A stretch of DNA of 63,976 bases, filler included, from Sphacelaria rigidula (Eukaryota): the NCBI GenBank assembly GCA_964200075.2. It is 10 parts of 10 records of this genome, joined end to end, with 100 filler letters (N's around TTAATTAATTAA, not from the genome) between each part and the next. Parts side by side here need not be neighbours in the genome. Positions count along the whole stretch, not along the records: positions 51,263 to 57,569 come from CAXNAA020020884.1; positions 57,670 to 63,976 come from CAXNAA020020885.1; 8 more parts are not named here. One strand, written 5' to 3'. Shown one piece after another: positions 51,163 to 63,976 of the stretch (the first letter of the stretch is position 1; every line of letters starts with the position of its first letter). A program made the translations under genes and the position numbers. Under the pieces are notes generated by a model. That model saw nothing but the letters and a program-made list of their open reading frames with translations. It was not told the DNA's origin and did not search any database.

Positions 51163-54100
51163 NNNNNNNNNNNNNNNNNNNNNNNNNNNNNNNNNNNNNN
51201 NNNNNNTTAATTAATTAANNNNNNNNNNNNNNNNNNNNNNNNNNNNNNNNNNNNNNNNNNNNGCGTACTCATTTGTTGCTTGCCTTAGTCATTTGACCAT
51301 TGACCACGCATCCCTTTCGAGACGGAGCACAGGAAAGCACAGGAAAGCAGCGGGGGGGGGGGAATGAGACAACACTACACTCTACTGTCTGTACCACACA
51401 GCTTTCGTACTCTATTGTACTGCTGTTGCTGTATTCTCTGTTTTTAATTTGTCTTCGTCTGCAGTCGCTCCCAAAGTCGGTATCTGCATCGGAAAAATCT
51501 TTACTTGCAAAATGATACATCACAGTACGCCCATGAGCAATGCACCTGCGGCAGCGTGTATGATCTGCGCAGAAGGCCTTCCAGGGTCCTCTTGGAACCG
51601 ACCAGACGGATCCTTTGTTTCTGACTGGCTAGCTTGATTTGTCCATCAGGAAGAGCCAGGACACTTTGGGGGGAAAATTTCCTACATGTTTTGTGAGCAA
51701 TTCGCACCCCTAACAGTGAATGCACGTCACTCGCAGCTATAGTGCCTGAATGCACGAAAAAGATCGCACCCCGGCAACCTTTGGACCCTATAGCACTCTA
51801 CCGTCCATCTGTGACTTTCGAGAGTGATAGACGTAGCATCCAAGCAATGATGTATGCCGCTTACAAACAGCCATCCTTTATAGCATAATCACTACCAATC
51901 GCAACGGTTGTTTCACGACGGAGCTGCAGGGGTATCATTGCGCAGGCTTGGGGTGAACAACTTTCAAAATTCAAGCCCAGCTGGCGTCGGTAAACGGGGC
52001 GTGCGAAACGGTACAGTGGTTTCACTTCATTTTGAGTTGTAGTACGAACTCACGTATGGCGAGTACAGTGGACAGCAAGCTTGATATGTGAGGCAGCATA
52101 GCGTCGCTCCTTTCAGCTGCATTGCGCAGCAATAATCGGGCTTACGGCAGGTATTGCATCGAAGAATATAGCAAAGCGGTGTAGATAATCATTATATCCC
52201 AGCGTCGACCGTGATGCGGTATATAGAACAAGCATCAAGTTGTCTGTCATATCTCACAGCTCCTTGCAGGATCAAATTTCGGACCCTGATCACATTTCGT
52301 TTTGCAGTACAGTATGTATATTTTCAGCATCGCATGTATCGGTACCCACATTGCACACGAACAGAGCGGCGAGCATTGGTGCGAACTTGTGTGTAATGCG
52401 ATTCGAGTACAACGGTATAGAGCAGTAGTACAACTCAACACAGCACAGCGTCTTCATACTGCACTCACAACGACAGGGCGGGGTACAGACACCTCTGTGC
52501 AGTTTATAGCGGAGGATGGTTTGTGTCATCCACATGATGACGGGGTGTAAATATTCATCGCTTCAACGTTTTCATTGCTGTGTGCGGAAAATCTGACCTG
52601 CGACGGCGTGTAAAACAAGCATAGCATGGTCTTGTACGTGGTCGCAGGTGATACCCCCCCTAGCTTTATGTAACATCATGTTTCCCCGTGTACGCCTTCG
52701 TACGCTTCACTCATATCTGTTTGGCGGTTTGCCTCTCGGTTACAACGTGTCAAGGCAAAAGCAAGGTTGGATAGCAGCAGATCGATGATGCTTGAAACAA
52801 CGCTGGTCGACTGATCCACGTGGCGACTTGGGGCGGGGAATTACACCTCAAGTACCCGCTATCCTGTTGAATGTTTAGATATATGGCACCGCTGTCATGC
52901 AACATGCACCCCAACCATCACACTCAGCCCGTTTATGGTCTCATGCATACCAGTATCAGTTGATCAGCAGGAGAATGATTGATGATATCATGCAGGTTGC
53001 AGAAAGATGGATATCAGCTCGGTTTATGCACTGTGCAAACATTGTGACAACGCTATTTCAGGTGATGGGGGGTGCACACAGCAGATGACCTGCTTTTATA
53101 CCCCTAGTTCAACGGCAACAGACAGTACATGAAAAGTTTGATCCAAACAGTTTAGGCGTAGGATATCTCAGATTTTTGACAGGGCACAGCAAGCTCCAAA
53201 TCTAGCGGGCAGCATTGCAACGGCATCCCTGAACCGTACCCAAGTGTGGTGGAAACCACTACATCGGTCCCGTCGTTTGATTACCCCTGCACTGGCGCAA
53301 AACGTGAGCGCGTCGCTCCCAGCGAACATGATAATAGCTGGTTATTTTTCTGTCAAGTTATGTCCTTGTTAAACAAATCTAGCGTGGTGATGCAAACGAG
53401 GTTGCAAATCTTATTTTCATATGAAGGATCGAATCTCTCAGCCGCTGTTACGAATCTCGTCCTGCATCGTGGTACCTACCCGAAGGTGTGACTACCGCAG
53501 GTGGTATGATACGACCTAATAGTCTCGGTTGTAGCACCATGTTACAAACAGAATAGTGTTGGCCATAGTTGTTGTCGCATTGCGTGTCTCTATTGAGCAA
53601 GCCGAGTACTCGAGCGGAGCAACAATAGCATTTCCGTCATGCAAGTTACGATAATTCGCTAGCTCATGCAAATACGACTTACTTTTACTATATAATTCCA
53701 CATTTTACTATAGATTTGCGCACATCGTTCGCATTACTATTGTGTCGACCTTCATACATCTGCTCAGTGCTTGAATCAAACATCGTTACAGTCTCACCGT
53801 ATTCCTTCAAACAATCGTAAGCTCACAGCACGTGGGAAAGTCCAACGCAGAACGATACACGACGAACGTCACGATATCTCGATCACAGCTTCAGGCCGAT
53901 TCGATTTCTCTTTTCTCCTGGTGGTGGTCACTTGGCATTTCAGAGGAGAAGTAAAACACCAGGGTGCTGGTTGAATCGATCCTAGGAAAGAACCGAATCC
54001 AACCAGATGTAAAGAGGCATGTTTATGTATTCCGTCTCTTGACGGCTTACAAACGCCTTCACCCCTGATTGCGGTACTAGCCAGTTCCCGCAATCAGCCC

Positions 54101-54705
54101 TCCGGGCGTAGTGTCGTTTTGAAACCGATGGCCCATCATCGTATCACCCTTTATCCACCACGCCATGCCGCGATCCGCAACAGGTGATTCATAAATCGGA
54201 AAACTGTAGACAGGTCATGAAAACCCCGTAGTCCGGTGTCCACCAATCGTAGAGTTACTGACTCGTACCTCTCTCAAAGTACAGAAGCCGCGATGTAGTG
54301 TGTTTAGCGTGCAGATTTAAAATACGATTAGGAGACAACGGACTACAGGGTTTGCAAGCCCCATCACTTTAGTGGGTCAGGGAAATCGTCATCAACGGTT
54401 CAGTGTCGTAAATACTGCTGCTGAGACATGCACTTGCAGTCGTGAATGGAATCTCGACAACTGAGGCTGTCGATGATCTCTCACCTGCACAACTAATTTG
54501 ATCGCGAGGCAAGGAGAGTTTTCGACAATCTCTGCAATTTGAGTGCCATACGCTGGCAACAGCATAGTATGTCGGGTTTGGAGAGCATAGGCTGCTGGGA
54601 AGTTCTCGTTTTGCCCAATTTCAGGTAAAATTAGTGGCCAAAACGAGGACTTCCGAGAATCCTTTACTGTACATCTCCCACATGCTAGTGTATGGGATTC
54701 TACAG

Positions 54706-54889
54706 CAGGGTCTGTCCGGGGTTAACCCTCGTTTTCTTCTGTTTGAAATTGAGAGAAAAAACGAATTGGGCAAGACGAGGATGTCAAAAAAAAAAAATAG
54801 ATTCCAATTTTCGCTTTTCCCAATTTGGAATTAAAAAAAAACAGGAATCCAAATTGGGGGAAACGAGGGTTCACCCCGAACAGCCCCCG
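54706..54889. mobile_element. hAT-like MITE with subterminal repeats
   Basis: Imperfect TIRs CAGGGTCTGTCCGGGGTTAACCCTCGTTT / AAACGAGGGTTCACCCCGAACAGCCCCCG and a repeated AATTGGG.AA.ACGAG motif. No TSD found. Confidence 0.55.
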
Positions 54890-57800
54890 CGCTGCACAAT
54901 TTTCGAATATGCTGTAGCAAGAATAGGATTTCAGAAACATGCAATCCACAGAATTTCGATGTTGGCACAATTTATGAGACTCCATCATGATGTTCACTCA
55001 AACAACGTGCTGTGTCAAGCAATAATCCTCTACAACCTCACACATTGTGTGCGTGTATATCTCAGACCTTCTCAGGGTGTTCACCCTCACAAGGTTGCTG
55101 TGTCAAGCAACCCCCTACAACCGTGCACGGTGTTGGAGATCAATTTGAGGCTTTTGAGCCTTCCGAAGGTGTTCACAAGGTCGTCCACAGGGTGTCCACC
55201 TTCGCAAGGTATGCACAAAGTGTAGAAAAACATCCACCTGTGTAATGGTCACATGACCATGACTTTGACATGCAAGATCACGTGTACACCCGCCCCCCCG
55301 CCCCCCTCAACCCGCCCACAAGCTCGATTACCCGTCCATCGTACCCCAACCGTGCTTGGGTTTCAACGAACACGCTGCTGTTCATCGTCCACATAGTAAG
55401 AACGCATCGTGTCAAGGAAAGCGCGACGCCCCACTTCGCCGAACAGCGCTTCCCGCTCCCCTGCGTCCTTGTTTCCCTTTGCCTCAGCCTTATCCCGTAG
55501 TCCATACTCGAGACAACTCTACAGGGAGCGTCCTGATACACACCGGACAAATTACGAAGTCTCCTGCGGGTTTTGCGCTTCGCCTGGCGCAAAGCAAGTT
55601 TCACGGACAAAGCTTCAGGAAATATTAGATGAAACCTGCCGTCGACACTTGACGTGCGTTCGGTCACCCCGCGACGCTGCTCATGCCTACACTGAGTCAC
55701 TTGTGTCACTTGTGAAAAAAAAAAGCGCTGGCGAAAGAGAGGGCGACGCACACTCTCGTCTGTATTGCGTATCTCTCAGAGTATGTGCATGTGCCTCGCA
55801 CTTTGCGTCAACAAATTCGTTGTCGCAAAAACAAGAGAGAAAAAAGGACGCCGCAGTATTTATTATATACGTAAGTGAAGGAGGGAGAGCGTCGTCTGCA
55901 TACACTAATAATAATGTGAAGAAAAAAATGTGTCGTGGTTTTTTTCCTTTCTTCGACTCATAAAAACTGCTCCCCCCCCCCAAAAAAGAGATGCTCTTTT
56001 AGCTGTTTCGACAAAAAACAGTACAGTGGGAGGTCTCACCACACAGTGCGGTCAAAGTTATTCATCTCATGTCCCATCACTATACTTATATAAAAAATTG
56101 ACCAGTCAAGAAACTGCGGGCAACTTTCGTCTACTGTAAACCAGTATAGTGTGCGGGGTCCCAGCATGGTGCAGCCATACCAGGCTGGCGGTCTACCGCA
56201 CTATAGCGGGACCCCCACAGCATTCGCTCACTTGTACGTCCTATCTTAAGTTGAATATTGCTACGTATGTTACTCCACCCCCACCCAGCCCCCCGCTCTT
56301 CTCCCAACTCACATTTCATTTCACAGGTATCCTACAAGTAATTGTCAACAACTCTGCCCGCCACCACCCCTCTCCACCCCGCTTCGCCTCGCAGGCCCTA
56401 TTGCCACAGGATATCATGCCTACGTTGACCTAAACCCAATCCAGCTTCAGGTGCATACTTTACAAGTATTCTGAGCAAGTGTACGCAAATATGTGAAATT
56501 GGCCGTATTTGCGCACACGCCCACCCACCTCTCCTTTTTCCTCAACCAACTGTACCACCTTCAATCATGGGGGTTTCGTTCGTTGAGTTGTACGTCTTTC
56601 TCGCTGTAGAATAACCCCCGTCCCCCCTCGATTTTTTCTTGGGGATTGTTCTCCCCAATTTTCAGAAAAAAAAAAGACACTAATCAAGGCGATAGGCACC
56701 TTGTTGTCCATAATCACATTTGTGAGCCAGAGAAATCAATGATAACCGAGCGAATCGTTACATTGTTCACGAATGGCCAACATGTCCGGTAGTTCGTCAA
56801 GTCGTCACGTGCGTCCTTCAGCCAACAACCTTGTTGCGGCAGCCAAATGAAGATTATCCCTTCCCCACTCACGTACCCCCTTCTGCAAGTACTCCCGATA
56901 TCAACTCCAAACCCTGCCCCCCCCCCCCCTCCCCCGCTTCCCTCGCTGCTTGTACCCCAAGCCCGTTCGAAACACGCCAACTAGGTTTCCAATCCACTTT
57001 GCTCCCAACAAACTCACGTCCCGCGTTCTTTGCGAACCGCAACAAAGGATAACGCAATGGCACAGGAACAGAAGATACACAACATCGATCACGAGACGAA
57101 AAAAAGAAATCGACTGAAATCGACTGAAAGCGTGAGCGTGGGAAAAACAAACTAGCTGTAGATGAGGCGGAGAATGTCGTTGTGAACGTAGTAGGCTCCT
57201 GGTCCAGTGCTCACGAGCTGGAACACCTGCAGGTAGTGCAGTGGATTGTCGTTGTCAATCTGGAATTTCCAGACGCCAGGGAAGGTCCACGAACGATGAA
57301 ACGGGGGACGGGGGGCGCGGGGGAGGGGGGGAGGACGACGAAGACGAGGAGGGGTGGGGTGGTCATGAGATCATTGGCCTCGCATCCCTACGAAGCCTGG
57401 ACGAAGCACGCCCGGTTTTTGCCGGACCAGGAAGACAGGGAGGGGGGGGGGGGAGGGCGGTAGACTTCACCATCTGCGGTGTTATATCCGCATTTGAATA
57501 CAGACTTTCCCTCGTTATCACCATTCGCTCACCGCGCTTCTCTGGGAAAACGGGGGCACTGTTGTACCANNNNNNNNNNNNNNNNNNNNNNNNNNNNNNN
57601 NNNNNNNNNNNNNTTAATTAATTAANNNNNNNNNNNNNNNNNNNNNNNNNNNNNNNNNNNNNNNNNNNNCTGGCCATTTTTCGTACCTTTCTCAGGCAAA
57701 AAACGAGAAGGTATACCTTTTCTAGGCCATTGCCCTTAGTTTTATGTTTCGTTATTCCGTGCCAAGCACTTATCCTGTACGGGGAGAGAGATGCACATTT

Positions 57801-60800
57801 CATAAGCCGAGCTGTGATGATCCCAGTATGCTTTCCCGGAAGACTGGCTGCTTCGGTGAGGGCCATGTCCGTGCTCAGATCGCCCGGCCCCAGCTCGCAG
57901 ATGTACGGTAGTGTGGACGGGACACACATAAGTTGTTTGGATTAGAGATTGATCCTCCCGTGGGAACCCGGTCAGCTAGCAAGCTGCCTGAGAATAGAAG
58001 GAAAAACCCCAGTGGCAGTTGTTCCAAAGGGATCGACATCGCGTGACTTAAGGGACACAAGGAAAAGCGATTTCCGCAATTAAGCTCACTTATGAAAACA
58101 AGAAACGAAAGAAAAAGTATCGTATATATTGTACTTCATTTCAACACTGCTCGAAGTGTGTGGAAATCCTACTTACAGGATTTTATTTTATTTTATTTGC
58201 TTTTCTTAATCTTAGTCTACCCCGTTCGTCTGTTGTACCTTTATGGCTGTTATTTTCACTCTTCTTCAGCGAGTGTACTCCCATTATATTCTATTTTCTC
58301 ATCTCCGGTACGTCTATATCAATTGGATAATGACCATGGATGGCCGTGGGGGATATTATTTAGGTGCGACGATCAAAAGAATGATATGGGTGAGATACAG
58401 TACACGGGTAGAGGAACGTATCAGGGTCATGATCCAAAGCAGTGTCTCGTTTGGGAGGCGCTAGATGGATCCTTCCTGATGTCCCTCAGACACCCTTGCA
58501 CAGAACGCCAGGCCTCCATCTAACTATGCTGCCCACCCCCCCTCCCTCCCTCCCTCCCTTCCCCTACTCACAGGCTTTTTATTAGTTCAAACACACATAT
58601 GACCGCCCCGTCACACTTCTAACCCTTCTCCTTCCTCAGGACAAGTCCATGGTCTCAAGGGCCCAACCAATCAACCCATCTCTACCCCGGTAACGGTACT
58701 ACACGTCTTGCATTTTGGTAACATCATGGATTGGATCATGACCATCAGTACTCCCGCATATGGTCAACTCTTATCAAATACAAACTCAGTCGAACTATTT
58801 TCGTCTACTCGACGTCCTCATGCTCTCAACGCCAGGAATCAGATACCCAAAAAGGAAAAACCCAAACCCGCGTTTCTCTCCGCCCTAATGGCGTAAGGTG
58901 GACCACTGCACTACCGGGGCGCAGCATAAGCCATTGGGTCGGGAAGTAACGGCTTCGTTTCCCGGCAAGTGCAACTCGTTTGATTCTTCCTGGAACGTTC
59001 TCTGATTTCCGCTGTTCGAGAACGTGAGGATGTGAGTAGCAAAAAGGACGTTAGGTGTCTACTTGTGCCAAAATTTCAGCGCCTAAAACGTGAAACAATC
59101 AAGCTCCATGTCACCTGCATCAACCGCAAATAGGATTTCTTGGCTGGCCCGGCTCGTACAGTATCATAATCCATAAAATGAACATTTTCCTGTACACGAC
59201 CTTGAGTTCACGAAGGGAGGAAAATAAAATAAACTTGACGCCACGAATGAATTAATTAAAAAACAACAACGTCACCAATAAACAAGAAACAAATAACGCA
59301 CCTTCACGATCTTGCATGTCTGAAAGATCTCCATGCTCCCGCTGTGGGTTTCGGGGTTTCCATTTTCGTTCGCCTCCGAGTAGCGGAGGAATCTGCACTT
59401 GCGAGCCAAATGGGAAAGTTGCTCTTGCGTCAACATCCACATGCCCTTTTTTCCATCGCATCCACATTCCAAATCGCGATGGGTGGAAGAGGGCAAGGGG
59501 GGCGGGGAGGGAAGGAGAGAGGGGGACGTGTCTTTCTTCCAGTTCGGGGCCGTTATTCATAGTCATGGTTGACAGATTTGTGAAATACTACGCCAACGCT
59601 AGCGCTAACCCGAGGCATAAAAGAGGGTGAGGGGGTGTAGAGGGTGCTTTAGGCCAGTGCGCGTTGGCAGCCCTCAAATCGGCGCCACAGGCGCCAATTT
59701 GGACAAAAAAACGCGTTCTGTGCACACCATAGTGGGAGGCACTGAGGACTGTAAGCCCACTGAAGATCCAAATCTCAGTGTTAACACTCAAAAATCAAGT
59801 ACGAGTTGGCCGGCCTCTGTCGCCACAGGCCACAGGCCACGTACGGCTTACTTTTCCGAGTTTCAAGGGTGAAATTTCAACACCAGAGGAAACAACACTT
59901 CGGTCTACCGCGCGACCGCTATTTTTTCTTTCGTTTTTTCTTGCTATTTCCCCCTAACTCTTAATAACTGCGGGCGATTCAATTATTTGAGCTATTTTCA
60001 AATCCCTTAAAACTAAGCGAGAAAAAAAACAAAATAGAATTAGACAGCGGTGACAGGGTAGGCCTGAGACCGGTTTCTCCGGTGTCGGATATTTCACCCC
60101 AATATTCGAGGAATTGAGTCGCGCAACACCGTTTGACTGTTTCCGTATGAAAAAAGTGCCCCGGTATTCTAATGGTCAGACTGTAACTCTCAGGGTGCAG
60201 AGAGTGTGGGTTCGATTCCCGCCAGGTGCATTTTTTTTCCCTTCGGAATATATGATTTCCACCGTCGGAAACGTGAGAACGTGAGGAAGGAAAGATGGAT
60301 TCATCTCCTGAGACCGCGTTTCAGTTTCGCTTTTCTTGGGTTCGTCTCTATCGTGAGACCATGGCTGGACCCCTGGGAGGTCAGTCAAAGTGCGACAATC
60401 AATCAATCAATCAAGACCGCGGATTCGTCTCGTAAGAGGGGAAAATGCTTAGGGTGTAGAAGAAAAACAAATTAATGTACCGATAACATACTAGGTTGAG
60501 TAAACCACGTGCCCAAATATTCACCAAAGAGGAATGTTGCCGGGGATTCTGCCACGTATGAAAGCCATGATGGGACTGTGGAATATCTTGACGTCTACGG
60601 AGCGTGAGGTTATCCGCTGGGTCGGCGGTATCCGCATGCGCGAGTTCCACATCGTCCCCCCCCCCAACGTAATAAGCGCCGAAATGTTGGAGGTGTCTTT
60701 ATCAGGAGTAGGAACGGTGCTCCGTCTAGAAAGGGATGCGTGGTCAATGGTCAAACGACAAAGGCAAGCAACAAGTGAGTACGTCCCCCCACCAGGTGTA

Positions 60801-61424
60801 TTGTGCTATTTGCGCCGCACGGACAACCGGGGGGGGGGGGGGGGGGGGGCACAGATGGGTTGATCCCTTGAGAACACGGACCCGTCCCGAGGAAGGGAGG
60901 GCGTTCAAAGTGCGACAAATAAATAAAATAAATAAATAAACCAAAATAAAATAGTATCACTCTCTTGGCTGTCACGCCTCCTTTCGGAACAGTATTATTG
61001 CGGGACTTCTCTGGTGCCGAGCCCGGTCAAAAATTGTCACGTGAGATGCAAACAGAAACGGCACACTGCACAGGGTGGCGCGGGCGATTTTTGCACGTAC
61101 TACGATATTTACGAGGAGCAACGGCATTTATTTTTCCGTGATGATCTTGAGAAAAAAAAAAAACAGCGGTTGATAACAGACAGACAGACAGACAGACAGA
61201 CACCCGAGCTTTCATCGGTTTTTGTTTTTCTCGTAAAATTGCGGCGGCCAAATCACTGACGGTTTATTCGTTGGGTCGTTACAAAAATTCTCCGTGAAGA
61301 TGTTTCATGTCAAGCCGGGAAGGATATATATAGCAGTGCCTGGACCTCGACTCACGGATAAGATTCGACGCTCGGACGTTCTTACCGTTTCGGGCAGTAT
61401 ACGCTTGAAGGTAGAATGGCAATA

Positions 61425-62095
61425 CTTTTCAAAGTATAATTCTGTTGTCGCGGATCACACCCAAATTTCAAGATTGGCGTCAGGCTACTTCTTATGTATG
61501 AAAAAAAATATATTGTTGAGAAGTACAGTTTTGATCCTTCTCCGTCGTTTTTCGTCCGAAAATAGGGCCAGGCGGATGCTGACACCTTGGAATGACTTGC
61601 TGTGCTCGTTGAGACCGTTCCAGAGCACCTTTGCGTTTCTCGCAAGTCGCAGTTTTGCTCTTGACCAAACTTGCATTTTCAATAACAAACGGTCAAGTTA
61701 TCAGAAAAATGGCAGTTTTTACCCTGTTTTTGATGAGTTGACCGTTTGTTGTTGAAAATGCAAGTTTGGTCACAAACAAAACTGTGCCCTACGGAAAACT
61801 CAATGATACTCTGGAACGGTCTCAACGAGCGCAGAAAGTCATTCCAAGGTGTCAACATCCGCCTGGCCCTCTTTGCGGGCGAAAAACGATTGAGAAGGGT
61901 CAAGCATGTACTTTTCAACAAGATTCATTTTTTCATACATAAGAAGTAGCCCCACTGTGGACAATCACAACACTTTTGAAGGTAAATTTTTGTTGTTGCG
62001 GATCACTCCCACATTTCAAGATTGGCCCTACAAGATTGGCCCTACTGTGGACAATGACAATGCTTTCGACGGTAGAATTTTGTTGTTGCGGACCA
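61425..62095 (+). repeat. Tandem repeat of about 75-90 bp (about 3 units), interrupted by the foldback element
   Basis: AATT(C/T)TGTTGT(C/T)GCGGA recurs at about 61438, 61986 and 62076; CAAGATTGGC..CTGTGGACAAT also recurs. Confidence 0.6.
61483..61951. mobile_element. Foldback element: an almost entirely palindromic sequence of about 470 bp. Diverged copy at about 21560-22045; isolated end at 19321-19395
   Basis: Termini GGCTACTTCTTATGTATGAAAAAA / TTTTTTCATACATAAGAAGTAGCC. The arms pair over about 225 bp to a short central loop near 61715. Confidence 0.85.
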
Positions 62096-63439
62096 AGCCC
62101 TTCATCCAAAACCCTGTTCCACCTCTTGAACATGTGTTCACCTGATTATTTCCCCCGCGACGAAGCACGCGCGATGCGTCAAGGCCCATGTACGTACCCG
62201 CGCCCGTGATCTTCATCCCTTTGAATCTTTTGCGCATGAGATAGATTAGAGAGCGAGCCGGAGAGAACACGGAGGCACGTTGCCGAAAACACACCGTGCG
62301 CGCACGCGCGCGTGTGTGTGTTGATTTTACGAGGTAGTTGTAGGAATACAAGTCAACCGCCGCACGGGAAAGGAAACACACAAAAAACGGGGGAGTGAAG
62401 GGGGTTGGGTTGGGGGGATGAACATTTGGTTTGGTTTCAGAAGGGGAGGAGAATATGATGCTTGACAAAAAAAATGGGAAAAGAGGAAGAAGAAAAAGAG
62501 GAAGTATGTGGAGGGCACGTTTCCGACGCTCCCGACGCTCCCGACGCTTCGTTATTCCGGTTCTCTAGTCGATATTCACACAGGTTATTTTTCGCGGCAA
62601 ACAGCCTGCTTGCTACCGTGAGAGAATTAATATTTATGGCACTATCAGCTTGCGTGCGTGCGTGCGTGTGTGCATACGTTTGTGTGTGTGTGCTTTCTGG
62701 TCCTCGCGTGTAGAGGATGACTGCCTGCTGCTGCAAACCTTGGCAGCAACGGGGCAGTAGTCAGGAAAAGGTAGGTATACCTCGCGATCAATTGCCACCT
62801 TAAGGTACAGTACTCAGCGAAGTTTCACATGTGAAAATAAACCCAAACGGATATATATATATAAAATATATGTACCTTTTCTCGTCTCTTCTTGTTCATT
62901 GCGGACACGAAAAGACAAAACCGGTGCACAGTAAAAAAAAAGTGGCAAAAAGTGTCGAGGTAATCGGCAAATTGTGGACAAAGTGAGAACAAATCCCCGA
63001 GGGAAAGTAGAGACGTTAGAAGTGAAATCCAAGCTGTGCGAAGAAGGGGCACATTAGGGTAGGGATAGAGAAATAGAAAGGGTAAACTTACCATAGGAAT
63101 CTGCGGAGGATTCATTTTGCCGTCGATCATTGGCGACACCAAGCTCTTCCCCTGAAAATTGATGCCGTACGTGTGTCGTAAAAAAAAGAAGAGGGTCTAA
63201 TTTTTCGGCACAACAGTAGATTACAGAGACAAGAACCCACCACACACACACTGTATGGTGGTTGCGAGCCTGGTCTGACGAAAACCCGAGGTGCTCTGCC
63301 CCGGCTTTTTATGGATGCGAGGTCAATGGTCTTTTAACTACGGCATGCAAGAAAATGAGTGCACTCACGTACGGGGTACAGGATACTAGGTACGAGAGTG
63401 GTACAAGAAATCACGGTTTGAATCACATTATCGTGGAGG

Positions 63440-63955
63440 TGTACTCGCGATCTTGCATGCCGTAGTCATAATGAGACCATTGACTTCGCATCCCTAAAAA
63501 GTCGGGACAGAGTACGCCAAGTTTTCACCAGACCAGGCACGCACTCAATCACCAAGCGCGAAGCGCCGTGGTGTGTTCGGCGAGTTGCATGAAGGGTGAA
63601 CTGCATCCTGCTGAGATTGTTCGGCCCGAAGCCTACTGTACTGGTTATCTTGCATTTGGATGAGAGCCACCAATGAGTTGCTTTATTTTGTGGTATCGCC
63701 ACTTCCAGAGACAGCCACGGGTTACACTGCCTCATGGGTGTCTGTCTCACCGTGCAAACACTACGGAGTACGTTAACCCCCTTTGCGCGGAGTTCGGGTT
63801 CTCCACCCCGCACACTATGATCTAGCTCGACCACCATCACGTCATCATGGTCACCGCAAAAGCACACGACCGCGGAATAAAACAGCAACGTGGTTATCTA
63901 GCTTACGCAGTGAGTAGCGTGTTTCATAGCGTCATTGCCAACCGACCTCAACCCT
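63440..63955 (-). mobile_element. Longest copy (>=520 bp) of retroposon family A, a probably non-autonomous partner of LINE family B. Other long pieces: 14398-14775(-), 37925-38272(+), 30705-30980(-), 13895-14040(+), 12900-12980(+)
   Basis: The listed copies align with each other. The 3' end GGATGCGAGGTCAATGGTCTTATGACTATGGCATGCATGATCATGAGTAC is homologous to the family B end, but the upstream body is unrelated and has no conserved ORF. Confidence 0.8.
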
Positions 63956-63976
63956 CCAAGGGGGGAAGGGGGGGGG

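Noticed and set aside
6310..57669. Strict periodicity of about 6.4 kb of TTAATTAATTAA, and of repeat fragments next to it
   Set aside because: This is an artificial linker between size-sorted contigs. Repeats sit at contig edges because assemblies break at high-copy elements. It is not a biological array.
57710..57930. C-type-lectin-like PYICE exon (minus strand)
   Set aside because: There is an in-frame stop just upstream with no usable acceptor, and the motif is too short to support a call.

Overview
This is eukaryotic, repeat-rich nuclear DNA, not a prokaryotic locus. It is an artificial concatenation of ten unrelated scaffolds of 6309-6307 bp, sorted by length and joined by nine identical 100-bp linkers (N44-TTAATTAATTAA-N44), so no neighbourhood across a linker means anything. 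Small exons in long introns and the repeat landscape suggest a brown alga or related stramenopile (inference only). Supported content: (1) five phase-compatible exons of an EML/EMAP-type WD40 gene (- strand, 32427-36938); (2) a decayed, spliced Sola/DUF7869-like DNA transposase (+ strand, 47779-51162) head-to-head with a second spliced gene of unknown function; (3) exon fragments of other unknown genes; (4) many retroposon fragments, tRNA-derived SINEs, MITEs (piggyBac-, Mutator- and hAT-like, plus one with a 4-bp TSD) and foldback elements. The most notable signal is a pair of retroposon families: a LINE with a C-terminal CCHC knuckle and an apparently non-coding partner. They share a 3' end (...ATGAGTAC), have no poly(A), and are followed by oligo-C that lies within 11-16 bp target-site duplications. 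This looks like a non-LTR system that targets C/G homopolymer tracts. No rRNA, intact tRNA gene or CRISPR array was seen.
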